DNA of 63,105 bases, filler included, from a bacterium (GTDB lineage: Bacteria > UBP15 > UBA6099 > JAJRTR01): the NCBI GenBank assembly GCA_024278215.1. It is 5 parts of 5 records of this genome, joined end to end, with 100 filler letters (N's around TTAATTAATTAA, not from the genome) between each part and the next. Parts side by side here need not be neighbours in the genome. Positions count along the whole stretch, not along the records: positions 61,210 to 63,105 come from JAJRTR010000140.1; 4 more parts are not named here. One strand, written 5' to 3'. Shown here piece after piece: positions 62,328-63,105 of this stretch; the first letter of the stretch is position 1, and every line of letters begins with the position of its first letter. The notes under the pieces were generated by a model. It did no database searches. It was not told the DNA's origin and saw nothing but the letters and a program-made list of their open reading frames with translations. The position numbers were made by a program, and so were the translations under genes.

Positions 62328-62963
62328 ATGAAAACAAAAAAAACAAGAGGTAGCCGTCCCGGTCATTCGCTGGAGATAGCGGCGAAAACCATTGGACTGA
62401 ATAATGTTGCCGGTGTGGACGAGGCGGGCAGGGGACCTCTCGCGGGACCGGTTGTCGCCGCTGCCGTGATACTGCCTGTGGAAGCAAAAATACTGGACAT
62501 AAATGATTCAAAAAAAGTCGCGCCTGAAAAGCGAGAATTATTATATGATGAAATAATAAATGCTGCCGTGTCGTATAATATCTATTCTGTGGGTGTTGTC
62601 GCGGTCGATAAGCTTAATATATTCTGGGCGGCGATGTATGCCATGAAAAAAGCAGTGCTCGGTCTGAAAACACCTCCTGACATTGTGTATGTCGACGGCC
62701 CGAAAACCCTGGACATCGACATCCCGCAGGTGGCTGTGAAAAAGGGGGACGCGCTGTGTTTCTCAATTGCGGCAGCGTCGATACTCGCAAAAGTTTCCCG
62801 CGACCGCCGGATGATTGAATACGAAGAAATATATCCGGGATACGGCTTCGCGGCACATAAGGGATACGGAACAAAAGTTCATCTGGAAGCACTCGATTTG
62901 CTCGGCCCCTGCCCTATTCACAGGCGCAGTTTCGGACCGGTGAAGAAAGTTATGGAAGAATAG
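62328..62963 (+). CDS. rnhB: Ribonuclease HII
   Basis: GVDEAGRGPLAGPV, DSKK, IAAASILAKV, HKGYGT. Confidence 0.95.
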   Translation: MKTKKTRGSRPGHSLEIAAKTIGLNNVAGVDEAGRGPLAGPVVAAAVILPVEAKILDINDSKKVAPEKRELLYDEIINAAVSYNIYSVGVVAVDKLNIFWAAMYAMKKAVLGLKTPPDIVYVDGPKTLDIDIPQVAVKKGDALCFSIAAASILAKVSRDRRMIEYEEIYPGYGFAAHKGYGTKVHLEALDLLGPCPIHRRSFGPVKKVMEE

Positions 62964-62992
62964 ATTTTTCTCCACTGGAGACCTGCAAACCA

Positions 62993-63105
62993 ATGAATGG
63001 TTCGCTTATTGATACAATAAAGAGAAGGCTGGGGCTGGAGACCGATGCCGAAACTCGCGACGGGATTGGCTACCGGCGTAAGGGGCTGGGCGCGCGCGGC
63101 GAAAA
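62993..63105 (+). CDS. Probable YraN (UPF0102) family protein, N-terminal part
   Basis: ...RRKGLGARGE directly after rnhB, a common gene context. Confidence 0.55.
   Translation, partial: MNGSLIDTIKRRLGLETDAETRDGIGYRRKGLGARGE

Noticed and set aside
62982-62992. 11-nt match (CCTGCAAACCA) to the CRISPR repeat as a possible orphan repeat or scaRNA
   Set aside because: Too short and on a different contig; compatible with chance.

Overview
Bacterial (probably MAG) sequence made of five contigs joined by artificial 100-bp N/TTAATTAATTAA linkers (22427-22526, 38486-38585, 57822-57921, 61110-61209), so adjacency across linkers is not real. Most genes are housekeeping or envelope genes: partial ahcY, a secretin/O-antigen-ligase/DegP cluster, glycosyltransferases, a Ski2-like helicase, two-component genes, mscS, an rpoD-like sigma factor, trpE-G-C-B-A, pilT, a PhoH-family gene, uvrB/uvrA, secA, DAHP synthase and rnhB. 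Highlights: (1) A complete, compact type II-C CRISPR-Cas9 locus (1060-aa Cas9, cas1, cas2, 36-bp-repeat array). Its readable tracrRNA has an anti-repeat that doubles as a predicted cas9 promoter and interlocks with the tracrRNA promoter. (2) A predicted leaderless XRE-HTH gene fused to a catalytically degenerate nucleotidyl-cyclase domain, directly upstream of ahcY; it is a candidate new SAM-cycle regulator. (3) Several non-autonomous mobile repeats. The clearest is a ~178-bp hairpin MITE with 16-bp TIRs and a perfect 4-bp target duplication at all five complete copies, plus a 49-bp deletion derivative and repeated insertion into another element's end. (4) A trp operon with an unknown membrane gene in place of trpD. 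All calls were made by eye from the sequence and ORF track; no database searches were run.
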